A stretch of 62,272 nt of DNA. Source: Ectothiorhodospiraceae bacterium. Lineage in GTDB: Bacteria; Pseudomonadota; Gammaproteobacteria; Nitrococcales; Aquisalimonadaceae. The stretch lies in the NCBI GenBank assembly GCA_007130525.1, contig SLSJ01000027.1:1-62272 (forward strand). Reading direction: 5' to 3'. This document shows, in pieces, positions 39,493-50,441 of the stretch. A model generated the notes under the pieces. That model searched no databases and was not told where the DNA came from. It was given only the letters and a program-made list of their open reading frames with translations. The position numbers and the translations under genes are program-made. Within the stretch, counting starts at the first letter, position 1. Each line of letters opens with the position of its first letter.

Positions 39493-40349
39493 GACGCGAC
39501 CTCCCCCACGCTGCACTGCACAAGGCGTTCCACGAAGAATTCGAGATGGCCCTCGGCCTGGGCCGGTGCAGGGAGCTTGTCCACACGCCGGGCCAGCTCC
39601 GCGTAGGCCTGCGCGGCAGGGCTCCCCGGGTAAGCGGTAACCACCGCCTGTTGCTGCTTGACCGCCCTTCGCAGCTTGTCGTCCATCGGAATGCCGCCCA
39701 GGTAGTTCAAGGTCACGTCCAGGTAGCGATCCGTCACCCGAAGCAGCTTCTCGTAGAGGCTCTGGCCCTGCCGGCCGTCGCGGATCATGTTTGCTGCCAC
39801 GTGCATGCGCCGAACCTGGTAGTCCCGGTTCAGTACCTTGATCAGCGCGTAAGCATCAGTGATGGAGGAAGGTTCATCCTGAGCGACCACGAGCACATCG
39901 CGGGCCGCCCGGGAAAAGCTGATGACGCTGTCTGCTATACCCGCGGCCGTATCGATGATGAGATAGTCGATATCATGGCCCAGTTCGCTGAAGCTGCGGA
40001 TCAGTCCTGCATTCTCGGCCGGCCCCAGCTCGGCCATGCGCTTGGTGCCCGACGACGCGGGGACGATGTGCATGCCCTCCGGCCCCTCAACCAGGATTTC
40101 CTCCAGCGTTACTTCACCGTCGATGACGTGGGAGAGGTTGTAACGTGGTGTGATGCCCAGCAGCACGTCCACATTGGCCAGCCCCAGGTCCGCGTCCATC
40201 AGCACGACGCGCGCACCCGAGCGAGCGAGCGCGGCCGCCAGGTTTACCGAAACGCTGCTCTTGCCGACCCCTCCCTTGCCGCTGGTGACCGCGATAACCT
40301 TTACCGGACGCGGACTGGCCATTCGTCGTAATCCTGCTGCCTGATCCAT
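39489..40349 (-). CDS. fleN: Flagellar number regulator FleN/FlhG
   Basis: MDQAAGLR, SGKGGVGKS, DADLGLAN. Confidence 0.92.
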   Translation of the reverse strand: MDQAAGLRRMASPRPVKVIAVTSGKGGVGKSSVSVNLAAALARSGARVVLMDADLGLANVDVLLGITPRYNLSHVIDGEVTLEEILVEGPEGMHIVPASSGTKRMAELGPAENAGLIRSFSELGHDIDYLIIDTAAGIADSVISFSRAARDVLVVAQDEPSSITDAYALIKVLNRDYQVRRMHVAANMIRDGRQGQSLYEKLLRVTDRYLDVTLNYLGGIPMDDKLRRAVKQQQAVVTAYPGSPAAQAYAELARRVDKLPAPAQAEGHLEFFVERLVQCSVGEVAS

Positions 40350-40491
40350 ACCTTGTCCTTGTTCATGCCCTCTGGGCTTCGGATGCCTAACCTAATCACT
40401 GCCGGTGCGCCCCTGCCAGTGCCAGGTTCACACTTGCGGAATTCGCCGTGCCTTGAACACCGGGACCGCCGACATCAATACAACGTCTGCA

Positions 40492-41916
40492 TCAGCTGTG
40501 CCCAGCAAAAGCGAAGGCCAGCTCATCATCATCCGCCGGTTGGTCGTAGTGCTCCGCCAGGGCACGGGCCTCCTGCACCAGCCTGCCGCTGCGAGCGGGC
40601 TGGAGATCCTCCGGTATCCGCTGGCCGTTACCAACGTAGGCCGCGGGCAGACGCTGACGCAGGAGCATCGTTAGTACGCCGCCCAGGCTGGCCGTCTCGT
40701 CCGTCTTGGTGATCACACAGCCCGCCAGGCCGACACCGCGAAAGGCACGGGCAGTCTCGTTCAGCGCCGTCATCTGCGTATTCGCTGAAACGACCAGGTA
40801 CGTGTGCACCGGCGTCTTCTGATACTTCAGCGTTCGGAACTGCTCCGCCAGCCGCATGTCCCGTTGGCTCATGCCCGCGGTGTCAATTAACACCAGGCGC
40901 TTATCCCCGAGATCCGTCAGCACGCCGGCGAGTTCCCCCGCGTCGGCTGCAGTCTGCACCGGCACCCGCATAATGCGGCCAAAGCTGCGTAGCTGGTCCA
41001 GGGCGCCAATCCGGAAATTGTCGGTACTCACCAGGGCCACCTGCTGGCGACCGTGCCGCAGTGCAAACCGGGCGGCAAGCTTGGCCACGGTGGTGGTCTT
41101 GCCAACCCCGGTCGGCCCCACCACAGCGACTACCCCGCCCTGGTCCAGTAGCGCGTCATCAGCGGTCTTCAGATGCCGGGTTATCATGGCCAGTGCCTGA
41201 CGCAGGCCGAGTTCCGGCGGGGTCCCTTCCGCCACTTTCTCGGAAACCTTGCGGCAGATATCGGGGCCAAAGCCCATCTGGCTCAGTCGCCGCAGCAACT
41301 GGGTCCTCGACGGGTGGCGCCGGCCGTGGCGTTTCCAGTCCATGATGCTGAGCTGGTTCTCGAACAGGCTGCGCAGGGTCTTCAGTTCACCACGCATTTC
41401 CCGGAGTGCCGGTTCCTGGGTCCATTCCAAATCGACCACCGGCGAGCGCCGTGACTTGCTTTGCGTGGGCTGAGCCACCGACCCGGCGCGCTCACTTTCC
41501 GACTCCTCGCCGGAATTCCATCCGGCCGCCGCTACTTGCTGGAGTTCCTGTTCCAGCGCGTCATTCACCGAGACGTCAATCCTCCGACGGCCCGCCGCCG
41601 GTTTCCCGGCACCCGACAGGCCCTGGCGCATGCGGCTCAGGGTCTCCCAGAAACTGGGCTGCTCGGTGGCGGCAGCCGTTTCCGCCGCGGCCGGTTCCGG
41701 CGCGCGGTTCCAGCTTGGCGCTTCGGCGGCCCCGGATTCTTGTTCCCGCGCCAGGGCCGATTCCAGCGCTGCCTGATCAAAGTCAATGGCGGAGATGACC
41801 TCGACGCCGCCCGTGACCGGCTTGCTGGACAGAATCACGGCATCCGGCCCGTGTTCCTCGCGCACACGCCGAATTGCCTGACGCATGTCCTGAGCGAAAA
41901 TTCGCTTGATCTTCAT
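40492..41916 (-). CDS. flhF: Flagellar SRP-type GTPase FlhF
   Basis: MKIKRIFA, GPTGVGKTTT, DTAG, TKTDE. Confidence 0.95.
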   Translation of the reverse strand: MKIKRIFAQDMRQAIRRVREEHGPDAVILSSKPVTGGVEVISAIDFDQAALESALAREQESGAAEAPSWNRAPEPAAAETAAATEQPSFWETLSRMRQGLSGAGKPAAGRRRIDVSVNDALEQELQQVAAAGWNSGEESESERAGSVAQPTQSKSRRSPVVDLEWTQEPALREMRGELKTLRSLFENQLSIMDWKRHGRRHPSRTQLLRRLSQMGFGPDICRKVSEKVAEGTPPELGLRQALAMITRHLKTADDALLDQGGVVAVVGPTGVGKTTTVAKLAARFALRHGRQQVALVSTDNFRIGALDQLRSFGRIMRVPVQTAADAGELAGVLTDLGDKRLVLIDTAGMSQRDMRLAEQFRTLKYQKTPVHTYLVVSANTQMTALNETARAFRGVGLAGCVITKTDETASLGGVLTMLLRQRLPAAYVGNGQRIPEDLQPARSGRLVQEARALAEHYDQPADDDELAFAFAGHS

Positions 41917-41960
41917 CGTCTGCTGCCTCCGTCACACCGTGACTGGCGTCACCATCGTCG

Positions 41961-44102
41961 TCACTGCCCGCCGCCGGCCACATCCTGCTGACCGATGGAC
42001 GACACGATCCTGACCTGCTTCTCGTCAGGCACCTCGTTGTAGGAGAGCACGTACAGTCTTTGTGCCCCGTGTCTCGTCAACCGGGTCAGCCAATGCCGCA
42101 GCTGTGGCGCGGTCAACAGCACTGCTGGCTGGCCTGCGACGTCCTGTCGCTGCGCCGCATCCGCCAATGAACGTTGCAGCCGATCCGCCAGTCCCGGTTC
42201 GAAACCGGCGGCGCCATCACCGTCACCCTGAACCGTATTTAGCAAGATATGTTCCAGCTGGGGATCCAGCGTGATAACCGGCACCTCCTGACGCATGCCG
42301 TTGACCTCTTGCACGATCATCCGGCCCAGCGCTTCCCGGACGGCCGTCGTGAGCTGCGCCGGATCCTTGGTGCGCTGACCATGCTCCGCCAGCGTCTCGA
42401 CGATGCTGCGCATGTCGCGGATCGGGACGCGTTCCTCTAACAGGTTTTGCAGCACCTTCACCACCACGCTGAGTGGTAGAGTGTTCGGCACCATCTCCTC
42501 CACCAGCTTGGGCTGGGTACGGGCGAGCAGATCCAGCATCTTCTGAGCCTCTTCGTGGCCCAGGAGCTGGTGGGCATTGGTCTGGATCAACTGGCTGAGA
42601 TGGGTGGCCACCACGGTACTGGCGTCCACCACCGTGTAACCCATCGTCTGAGCGCTGTCCCGCAGGGCCGGATCGATCCAGACGGCTTCGAGGCCAAAGG
42701 CGGGATCCCGGGTTGGCGTCCCCGGAAGCTGTCCCGATACGCCGCCCGGGTTGATGGCCAGTTCCCGGCCGGGCACGATCTCGGCCTCGGCCATGGGTAC
42801 GCCCAAGATACTGATGCGGTAGGTATTGGGCCCCAGATCCAGGTTGTCGCGGATGTGCACCGACTGCACCAGAAAGCCCAGATCCTGCGAGAGCTTCTTG
42901 CGCACCCCCTTGATCCGGCCAAGGAGCTGGCCGCCCTGGTCCCGGTCCACAAGCGGGATCAGGCCATACCCCACTTCCAGACCGATGACATCCACCGGCG
43001 GCACATCGTCCCAGGACAGATCCCGTTGTTCGGGTGCCGACTGCTGTGCGCCCGGGTCCTCCCCCCCGGCGGCCCGTGCGCGCGCCCGCTGCTCGGCCGC
43101 GGTTTCCACCTCCGGCTGCACCAGGGGGCGCCTGCGCAACCAGTAGGCGAGGCCGCCGGCCATGGCGGCCAGCGTCAGGAAGGCCAGATTCGGCATACCC
43201 GGAATCAGCCCCATCACGCCGATCACCCCGGCGCTAACCGCCAAGGCGCGCGGATTGCCGAAGAGCTGTTTCAGTACCTGCCCACCCATATCCTGGGAAG
43301 ACGATACCCGTGTCACCAGGATGCCTGCTCCGGTGGATAGCACAAGGGAAGGAATCTGCGCCACCAGGCCGTCACCGATGGTCAGCAGGGTGTAGGTGCG
43401 CACGGCATCGCCAAGCTCCATGCCGTGCTGAAGCAGACCGATGGCCAGCCCGCCGAGGATGTTGATAAACAGGATCAGGATGCCGGCGATGGCATCGCCG
43501 CGCACAAACTTGCTGGCGCCATCCATGGAGCCATAGAAGTCCGCCTCCTGAGCCACCTCGGCGCGCCGGTGACGGGCTTCATCCTGGTCGATCAGGCCCC
43601 CGTTCAGATCGGCGTCGATGGCCATCTGTTTACCCGGCAACGCATCCAGTGTGAACCGGGCGCTGACTTCCGAGATGCGGCCCGCCCCCTTGGTCACCAC
43701 AACGAAGTTGATGATGACGAGGATGCCGAAGACCACAAGCCCCACGGCGTAGCTGCCGCCGACCACGAACTCACCGAAGGCCTGGATGACGTTACCCGCG
43801 GCATCCGTACCTGTGTGGCCGTCAAGCAACACCACGCGCGTGGACGCAACATTCAGGCCCAGACGAAGCAGGGTTGTCACCAGCAGCACCGTGGGGAACA
43901 CGGCGAATTCCAGCGGCCGCGGTGTGTACACCGCCACCAGCATGATCACGAGGGACAGGGCGATGTTGAACGTGAACAGCATGTCCAGCGCCAGAGGCGG
44001 TATGGGCAGGATCATCATGCCCAACAGGGCCATCAGTAACAGCGGCGTACCGAAACCGTTTCGATGCAACTCGCGGATATTGCTGAGTACGGCGCTTGCC
44101 AT
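41961..44102 (-). CDS. flhA: Flagellar export protein FlhA
   Basis: EVSARFTLDALPGKQMAIDADL, FYGSMDGASKFVRGD. Confidence 0.97.
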   Translation of the reverse strand: MASAVLSNIRELHRNGFGTPLLLMALLGMMILPIPPLALDMLFTFNIALSLVIMLVAVYTPRPLEFAVFPTVLLVTTLLRLGLNVASTRVVLLDGHTGTDAAGNVIQAFGEFVVGGSYAVGLVVFGILVIINFVVVTKGAGRISEVSARFTLDALPGKQMAIDADLNGGLIDQDEARHRRAEVAQEADFYGSMDGASKFVRGDAIAGILILFINILGGLAIGLLQHGMELGDAVRTYTLLTIGDGLVAQIPSLVLSTGAGILVTRVSSSQDMGGQVLKQLFGNPRALAVSAGVIGVMGLIPGMPNLAFLTLAAMAGGLAYWLRRRPLVQPEVETAAEQRARARAAGGEDPGAQQSAPEQRDLSWDDVPPVDVIGLEVGYGLIPLVDRDQGGQLLGRIKGVRKKLSQDLGFLVQSVHIRDNLDLGPNTYRISILGVPMAEAEIVPGRELAINPGGVSGQLPGTPTRDPAFGLEAVWIDPALRDSAQTMGYTVVDASTVVATHLSQLIQTNAHQLLGHEEAQKMLDLLARTQPKLVEEMVPNTLPLSVVVKVLQNLLEERVPIRDMRSIVETLAEHGQRTKDPAQLTTAVREALGRMIVQEVNGMRQEVPVITLDPQLEHILLNTVQGDGDGAAGFEPGLADRLQRSLADAAQRQDVAGQPAVLLTAPQLRHWLTRLTRHGAQRLYVLSYNEVPDEKQVRIVSSIGQQDVAGGGQ

Positions 44103-44152
44103 GAACGAATCCCTTATCTCCGGTGTCCGGTGCCGGTTTCACGTCGCCGGCG

Positions 44153-45346
44153 TCATATTCCTGACGGCGATCCGTCGCCTGAGCCATTCCCCGTCTGCCA
44201 ACCGGCGGAGCGGGCGTAGTGCATGAACTCCCTGGGCACCTGGGGCCTGGGCCGTTGCGGGCGCTCGCCCCCGTGACGGCGGGCATGACGGAGCTGGTAG
44301 ATGTATGCCAGCACCTGCGCCACCGCCAGGTACAAGCCGGCAGACACTTCCTGGTTCAGTTCCGTGGTGTGATACAAGGCGCGTGCCAACGGCGGCGCCT
44401 CGAACATCGGAATGCGGTGCTCACCGGCCACCCGGCGGATATTCAGGGCGATTTCGCCAACCCCCTTGGCCACTACCCGGGGGGCGCTCATGGTCGCCTG
44501 GTCGTAGCGCAGGGCCACCGCGAAATGGGTGGGGTTGGTGATCACAACGTCGGCCTTGGGTACGTTCTCCATCATCCGGCTCTGGGCAATCTGCTGCTGC
44601 AGTTCCCGCACCTTGTTCTTGACCTCGGGCTTGCCCTCGGTCTGCTTCATCTCGTCCTTGACCTCCTGGCGGGTCATCTTGAGCTTCTTGTTGTGGTCCC
44701 AGAGCTGGTAGGGGATGTCCACCAGCGCAACCAGGATCAGCGCGCTGGCCAGGGCAAAGAAGGCCCAGAAAAACAGTTCGGCGCCGTGCAGCAGTCCCGT
44801 ATCCAGCGGTTCACGGGCAAGCTGGCGGATATCATCCTGCAGTGTGTACACCAAGGCGGCACTGACGCCGCCTACAACGGCCACCTTCGCCAGCGCCTTG
44901 ACCAGCTCGATGGCCGCCTTGGGGCCGAACATCCGACCAAGCCCCTTGACCGGATTCATCTTGGAGAACTTGGGCTGCAGCGCCTTGCCGCTAAACGTCC
45001 AGCCACCCAACGCTGCCGGCGTGACCAAGGCAGCCAGCAGCATCAGCACGGCGAATGGCCCCACGGCGGATAGCCCCATGCCAACCGCCTGACGGAAATA
45101 ACGGACGGGAGCCTCCGGGTCGAAGATGTCGTCGCGATGCACGGTGAACGCCAGATCGAACACGTGAGAGAGCTGGCCGTACATGTAGCCGCCGAAAAGG
45201 AGCAGGCCGGCGGCTCCAAGCACCATGATTACCGTGGTGTTCAGCTCCCGCGATCGCGGAACCTGGCCTTTCTCCTTCGCCTCCTGTTGACGTTTGGGAG
45301 TGGGCTGTTCTGTTTTCTCCTGGCCGTTCTCGTTCTCTTCCGCCAT
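44153..45346 (-). CDS. flhB: Flagellar export switch protein FlhB
   Basis: EKTEQPTPKR, NPTH autocleavage motif. Confidence 0.97.
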   Translation of the reverse strand: MAEENENGQEKTEQPTPKRQQEAKEKGQVPRSRELNTTVIMVLGAAGLLLFGGYMYGQLSHVFDLAFTVHRDDIFDPEAPVRYFRQAVGMGLSAVGPFAVLMLLAALVTPAALGGWTFSGKALQPKFSKMNPVKGLGRMFGPKAAIELVKALAKVAVVGGVSAALVYTLQDDIRQLAREPLDTGLLHGAELFFWAFFALASALILVALVDIPYQLWDHNKKLKMTRQEVKDEMKQTEGKPEVKNKVRELQQQIAQSRMMENVPKADVVITNPTHFAVALRYDQATMSAPRVVAKGVGEIALNIRRVAGEHRIPMFEAPPLARALYHTTELNQEVSAGLYLAVAQVLAYIYQLRHARRHGGERPQRPRPQVPREFMHYARSAGWQTGNGSGDGSPSGI

Positions 45347-45568
45347 GACTGGATTCCGGCGCAAACAAGGGGTTCTCAGGCTGGGAAGCAAGATCGGTGC
45401 CGGCGTTCGTGCCCGCCCTCCGCACGTCGAGCGAAGGTGTGGGTTGGAGGAGCCGCGCAGCGGCGGTCTCGGGCGTCACCGAATCATGGTCCTGGATGAC
45501 GGCAAGAATCCGCACTTAGCGTGGCTTCCGACCTGCGCCTGCTGCGGCAAAAAAATTGCGGTGGGAGT

Positions 45569-46345
45569 TCAGAGGCCGAGCATTCGGCCCAGGGTATTGA
45601 ACGCATCGCTCCAGATGGCGGCGAAACGGCGTGGCAACGACGGGACCACCAGGGTCATGATCAGAATGAACCCCAACGTCATGGTCACGGGAAAGCCAAC
45701 GGAGAAGATGTTCATCTGCGGTGCCGCCCGGGTCATCACACCCAGCGCCAGGTTGATGATCAGCAGCATTACGACGGCAGGCAAGGCGATCAGCACCGCA
45801 CCGGCGTACATCTGCCCGGCCCAGGCCACCAGGCGGACGTAGTCCGACTCGCCAAACCCTTCCATGCCAACAGGAATGGTCACAAAGCTGGCGGCCACGA
45901 GTTCAATCAGCATCAGGTGGCCGCCCATGGCCAGAAATAGCAGGGTAACCACGACCGTGAGAAGCTGCGATACCACCGGGGTACTCTGCCCGCTTTGCGG
46001 ATCCACCATGGTGGCGAACCCCAACCCCATGGTCAGCGCGATGCTTTCGCCCGCAATGCTCACAGTCTGCAGAGCCATGGCCAGCAGCAGGCCCATGGCC
46101 AGCCCTGTCAGCACCTGCTGCGCCATGATCAGCAGCCCCTCGAACGACAGCGGCTCAACCCCGGGTCCAGCGCCGGCGACCGGCATCACCGCAACCGTCA
46201 GCGCCACCGCCAGCAGCAGCCGGACGCGCATGGGCGCCATGGTGTTGCCGAACACCGGCGCGGCAAACATCATGGCGCCCATACGGGCAAAGGGCCACAG
46301 GTAGGCGCCGATCCAGCTCATGATCTCGGCGGTGGTGAGAGTCAT
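45569..46345 (-). CDS. fliR: Flagellar export protein FliR
   Basis: MGLGFATMVDP, RAAPQMNIFSVGFP. Confidence 0.95.
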   Translation of the reverse strand: MTLTTAEIMSWIGAYLWPFARMGAMMFAAPVFGNTMAPMRVRLLLAVALTVAVMPVAGAGPGVEPLSFEGLLIMAQQVLTGLAMGLLLAMALQTVSIAGESIALTMGLGFATMVDPQSGQSTPVVSQLLTVVVTLLFLAMGGHLMLIELVAASFVTIPVGMEGFGESDYVRLVAWAGQMYAGAVLIALPAVVMLLIINLALGVMTRAAPQMNIFSVGFPVTMTLGFILIMTLVVPSLPRRFAAIWSDAFNTLGRMLGL

Positions 46346-46358
46346 GGCAACCTCCCGG

Positions 46359-46628
46359 CTAGCCGATCCAGCCGGGAACGTTCATGAACAGGGATTCCGT
46401 GAAGTCCACCAGCACTGCCAGCATCCACGGCGACAGCAGAAACAGCACCAGAACCAGTACCCCGAGCTTGGGCACGAAGCTCATGGTCTGCTCGTTGATC
46501 TGCGTGGCGGCCTGAAACATGCCCACCAGCACCCCGGTGATCAGGGCGGCCAGCAGAATGGGGCCGGCGATCATCACCGCAACCCAGAGCGCCTGCTTGC
46601 CCAACTCAATCGCGAAATCAGGACTCAT
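46359..46628 (-). CDS. fliQ: Flagellar export protein FliQ
   Basis: FQAATQINEQTMSFVPK. Confidence 0.95.
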   Translation of the reverse strand: MSPDFAIELGKQALWVAVMIAGPILLAALITGVLVGMFQAATQINEQTMSFVPKLGVLVLVLFLLSPWMLAVLVDFTESLFMNVPGWIG

Positions 46629-46799
46629 GACATCACCCGATCGTTCCGGCTTTCTGCTTCGTTCAACAGCACAGCGCCCCGCACACATACCGCACGCCCT
46701 GCAGCCCGCATCGAGCCGCAGGTCGGAAGCGGCACCACGCGCCGATCTCCGACATCATCCATTCCACGTGAATCGACTATTGCCTCCATGACCCCTCCC

Positions 46800-47555
46800 C
46801 TATGTCATGAAGCTCGCCGCCAGCGTGCCCATGACCAATGACCAGCCATCCACCAGCACGAACAACATGATCTTGAACGGCAGCGAGATGATCATGGGCG
46901 AGAGCATCAACATGCCCATCGACATCAACGTGCTGGACACCACCAGATCGATGATCAGGAACGGCAGGAACAGGATGAAACCGATCTGGAACGCCGTCTT
47001 CAGCTCACTGGTCATGAAGGCCGGAACCAGAACCGACAATGGCACCTCGTCGATACTTTCCACCGGATCCACGTCGGCAATGCGCATGAACATGGCCAGA
47101 TCCTCCTGCCGGGTCTGCGCTGCCATGAATTCCCGGAAGGGCCCCACAGCCGTGGTCAGCGCTTCCTCCGGCGGAAGTTCCTCGGCCATATAGGGTTGCA
47201 CGGCGTCGTTGTAGACCTGCTCGAACACAGGCCACATGACGAACAGGGTGAGAAAGAAAGCCAGGCCAAGCAGCACCTGATTGGAAGGTGTCTGCGCAGT
47301 GCCTATGGCGTTGCGCAGTATACCCAGTACCACGATGATGCGCGTGAACGCCGTCATCATCAGTAACGCTGCCGGCAGCAGCGTCAGGATGGTCATCAGC
47401 GCGAGCACCTGCAGGCTGATGCTGTAGGTGGTTCCCTCGGCAGCCTCCTGCACGGTCAGCGCATCGAGCCCGCCCACCTGGGCATGGGCGGGAAGAGAGG
47501 CCAACAGCAGCACCGGCAGGGCGCAACGGATAAGGAAAGACAGACTTGCCGTCAT
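46800..47555 (-). CDS. fliP: Flagellar export protein FliP
   Basis: MTAFTRI, PAFMTSELKTAFQIG, SLPFKIMLFVLVDGW. Confidence 0.97.
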   Translation of the reverse strand: MTASLSFLIRCALPVLLLASLPAHAQVGGLDALTVQEAAEGTTYSISLQVLALMTILTLLPAALLMMTAFTRIIVVLGILRNAIGTAQTPSNQVLLGLAFFLTLFVMWPVFEQVYNDAVQPYMAEELPPEEALTTAVGPFREFMAAQTRQEDLAMFMRIADVDPVESIDEVPLSVLVPAFMTSELKTAFQIGFILFLPFLIIDLVVSSTLMSMGMLMLSPMIISLPFKIMLFVLVDGWSLVMGTLAASFMT

Positions 47556-47612
47556 GAGTTCGTTTTCGTCCTCGCGGATGTCCGGTCTGGAGGACGATAC
47601 GAACCCGGCGGT

Positions 47613-48068
47613 TCAGCGAGGCTTGCGGTTCTGCATCAGCTCCCGGAGTCGTGACTGGAAGCGACCCTGCATATCTGCCCCTGCTGTCCCGGATGCGGGG
47701 CTGCGCCCGTCCTCCTCCAGCGGTTGATCCAATATATGCAAGGTCCGTACCTGCCCGGGACCAACCCCGAGCAGCAGCTGCGTCTTACCGGCGCTGACCA
47801 GCACAACGCGCTCCTTGGTCCCCACGGAAACGCCGGCCAGCACACGCAATTGCCCGCTACCGTGGGTATGCATCCCACCCATGCGCCGCAACACCCAGCC
47901 CAGGCCTACGATCACCAGCAGAACCACCACCAGCCCCACGGTCACACGCAGCAGTGCCGCCGTATCCACACCAGGCCTTGCCACTTCATCGGCGAGCGCT
48001 GCCCCGCTCGCCAGAATATTGGCGGCCGCCACCTGGACCTGGACGAAAAGTCGTCGCCGGGTACTCAT
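47613..48068 (-). CDS. fliO: Flagellar protein FliO
   Basis: TM then VGTKERVVLV..QLLLGV; lies between fliN and fliP. Confidence 0.9.
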   Translation of the reverse strand: MSTRRRLFVQVQVAAANILASGAALADEVARPGVDTAALLRVTVGLVVVLLVIVGLGWVLRRMGGMHTHGSGQLRVLAGVSVGTKERVVLVSAGKTQLLLGVGPGQVRTLHILDQPLEEDGRSPASGTAGADMQGRFQSRLRELMQNRKPR

Positions 48069-48535
48069 CGCAGCTTCTTGACCCGTTCCGAAGGACTGAT
48101 GACGTCGGTGAGGCGGATGCCGAATCGCTCGTTCACCACCACCACCTCGCCGTGGGCGATCAGCGTACCGTTAACCAGGACATCCAGCGGCTCGCCAGCC
48201 AACCGGTCCAGCTCCACCACGGACCCCTGGTTGAGCTGCAGCAGATTGCGGATGCTGATCCGGGTACGGCCAATTTCCATGGCCAGGGTCACGGGAATAT
48301 CCAGAATCACGTCCAGGTTGAGGTTCTCGTCATCCACCACCTCGGCATCGTCGGTCAGCCCTTCCAGCCCGGCGGGCCGAACGTCGCCTTCCACAGCGCC
48401 ACCACCCTCAACACCTTCGGACCGGGATCCGGTCTGTTCCCCGCTGCCGGCATCGCTTTCAGCCTGCTCGGCCAGGGCGGCCTCCCAGTCGTCGGCCGCC
48501 TGCTGCTCGTCGATTTCACGCGTCTCGTCGTTCAT
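48065..48535 (-). CDS. fliN: Motor switch protein FliN
   Basis: DWEAALAEQ, ILDIPV, GEVVVVNERFGIR. Confidence 0.95.
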   Translation of the reverse strand: MNDETREIDEQQAADDWEAALAEQAESDAGSGEQTGSRSEGVEGGGAVEGDVRPAGLEGLTDDAEVVDDENLNLDVILDIPVTLAMEIGRTRISIRNLLQLNQGSVVELDRLAGEPLDVLVNGTLIAHGEVVVVNERFGIRLTDVISPSERVKKLR

Positions 48536-49542
48536 TGCTTCGCTCTCCCCGGCATCAACGGCGAATCATGTTCCACCCGCAATTGCTCAACGATCTTGAT
48601 CGCCGCCTGGCCGTTGGACTCGCCATACCGGGCCCGGAAGACCGGGACCCCCTCGGCCTCCAGCACGACCAGTTCCGGAATCTCGCACGGTATAATGTCC
48701 CCCGCCATGAGGCGGCGCATATCCCGAAGGCTGATCCGTACCTTGGCCAGCGTGCCGCTCAACTCCACCTCGGCGCTCTTCATTTCCTCGCGCAGTGACC
48801 GGGTCCAACGTTCGTCCACTTCGTTGCGATCACTCTGCACACCGGCGTTGAGCTGCTCCCGGATGGGCTCGACATTGGTGTAGGGAATGGTGACGTGGAA
48901 CTCTCCACCGCCACCGTCCAACTCCACGTTGAACCGGCATACCACCACCACTTCCGACGGGCTGACGATATTGGCGAACTGCGGGTTGACCTCCGAATTG
49001 GAATATTCGAACTCCACTGGCAGCACGGGTGCCCAGGCCTCCTGCAGATCCGCGAAGGCCTGATCGAGCACCATGCGCACCACGCGCAGCTCGGTCACCG
49101 TAAACTCCCGCCCCTCAATCTTCGTGTAGTAGCGACCATCGCCACCGAAAAAGTTGTCCACCAGCACGAAGACCAGTTTCGGGTCGATGATGCACAAGGC
49201 GTTGCCGCGCAGCGGGTGGATACGCACGATGTTCAGGCTCGTGGGCACATACAGCGTATGCACGTATTCGCCGAACTTGATCATGTCCACGCCCAGCACG
49301 GAGACCTCCGGCGTACGGCGCAGCATGTTGAACAGGCCGATTCGGAATAACCGGGCGAAACGCTCGTTGATCATTTCCAGCGTGGGCATGCGCCCACGCA
49401 CGATGCGCTCCTGACTTTGGAAGTCGAATTGGCGGACCTCCCCTGGCGCCGGGGCGTCCTCGCCGCCTCCCACATCCCCTTCATCGATGCCATGAAGCAG
49501 CGCATCGATCTCGTGCTGGGAAAGAATGTCCTGATTGGCCAT
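48532..49542 (-). CDS. fliM: Motor switch protein FliM
   Basis: ILSQHEIDALL, RGRMPTLE, FFGGDG. Confidence 0.95.
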   Translation of the reverse strand: MANQDILSQHEIDALLHGIDEGDVGGGEDAPAPGEVRQFDFQSQERIVRGRMPTLEMINERFARLFRIGLFNMLRRTPEVSVLGVDMIKFGEYVHTLYVPTSLNIVRIHPLRGNALCIIDPKLVFVLVDNFFGGDGRYYTKIEGREFTVTELRVVRMVLDQAFADLQEAWAPVLPVEFEYSNSEVNPQFANIVSPSEVVVVCRFNVELDGGGGEFHVTIPYTNVEPIREQLNAGVQSDRNEVDERWTRSLREEMKSAEVELSGTLAKVRISLRDMRRLMAGDIIPCEIPELVVLEAEGVPVFRARYGESNGQAAIKIVEQLRVEHDSPLMPGRAKQ

Positions 49543-49544
49543 GG

Positions 49545-50057
49545 TTACTGCATCACCAGATCGGTAAAGTAAACCGCCTCGAACTCGCTGAGCACATCGT
49601 TCTCGGCCAGCACGGCGTTGATCTCATCCAATGCTTGCGCGCGCAGGGCCTCTTTCCCTTCGCGCGCAATCAGGTCCTCGTATTTCTGGTTGCCGAACAA
49701 CAGGATCAGGTTGTTGCGCACGCGCGGCAGGTGCGCATCCAGACCCTCCAGAGCCTCTTCGTGCCGTGTCATGACCTGAACCTGTGCCTGCAGCATGCGG
49801 GCCCGCGCACGGGGGTTGTCTCCGGTGCTCAGGTTGACCGTGATGGTATCCAGCTTGTGATAGATGGGTGGCCCCGTCTGCGTTGACTCCCCTTCCGTTG
49901 TTTCACCGGCCACGTCGTCACCACGGTCGAACACGTCGGCCAGATACAGCCCCGCTGCCGCGCCCACCAGCGTCATCACGAGGATGAGCAACAGCAGCAG
50001 AATCACCAGCTTGCTGGCACCACCCTGTTGTCGTTTTTCCATCTGTTCTTCGCTCAT
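49545..50057 (-). CDS. fliL: Flagellar basal body protein FliL
   Basis: N-terminal TM, ITVNL, EGKEALR, VYFTDLVMQ. Confidence 0.9.
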   Translation of the reverse strand: MSEEQMEKRQQGGASKLVILLLLLILVMTLVGAAAGLYLADVFDRGDDVAGETTEGESTQTGPPIYHKLDTITVNLSTGDNPRARARMLQAQVQVMTRHEEALEGLDAHLPRVRNNLILLFGNQKYEDLIAREGKEALRAQALDEINAVLAENDVLSEFEAVYFTDLVMQ

Positions 50058-50150
50058 GGTGTAGGTCGTCGTGGTTGCGGCGCCATTCTATAAGGGGAGT
50101 GATCCATTGGTCTCATGCATGGATCACACCGGCGTCCATTGATTCATGCC

Positions 50151-50329
50151 CGGCTCCATATCTCACCGCCTTCTTACTGCGCACGTCGGTCAGGTCGCTG
50201 TGTCGGGGCGTGCTCCCTCCAGCCGGTTCGACGTAATGTCGGCCCCGCGTTCCCCATCTTCCGCTCCGTGCCCCCGTACCAGGCGCATCCCGACGCCCTC
50301 GCGACGAACGGCGGTGAAAAATGCGGGCT
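50151..50329. mobile_element. ~180-bp MITE-like repeat, copy 5 (diverged)
   Basis: CATATCTCACCGCC / GACGCCCTCGCGACGAACGGCGGTGAAAAATGCGGGCT; between fliK and fliL. Confidence 0.8.
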
Positions 50330-50441
50330 GGCGAATGTTCGCACGCGTCTATCACGGGGCTCAGGCCGGATATTGCCGGACGGGCGGATCTCCGACTGAC
50401 TGCCGCGCGCGCCCCTACGGGCGCTAGCCGCCATTGCCCGG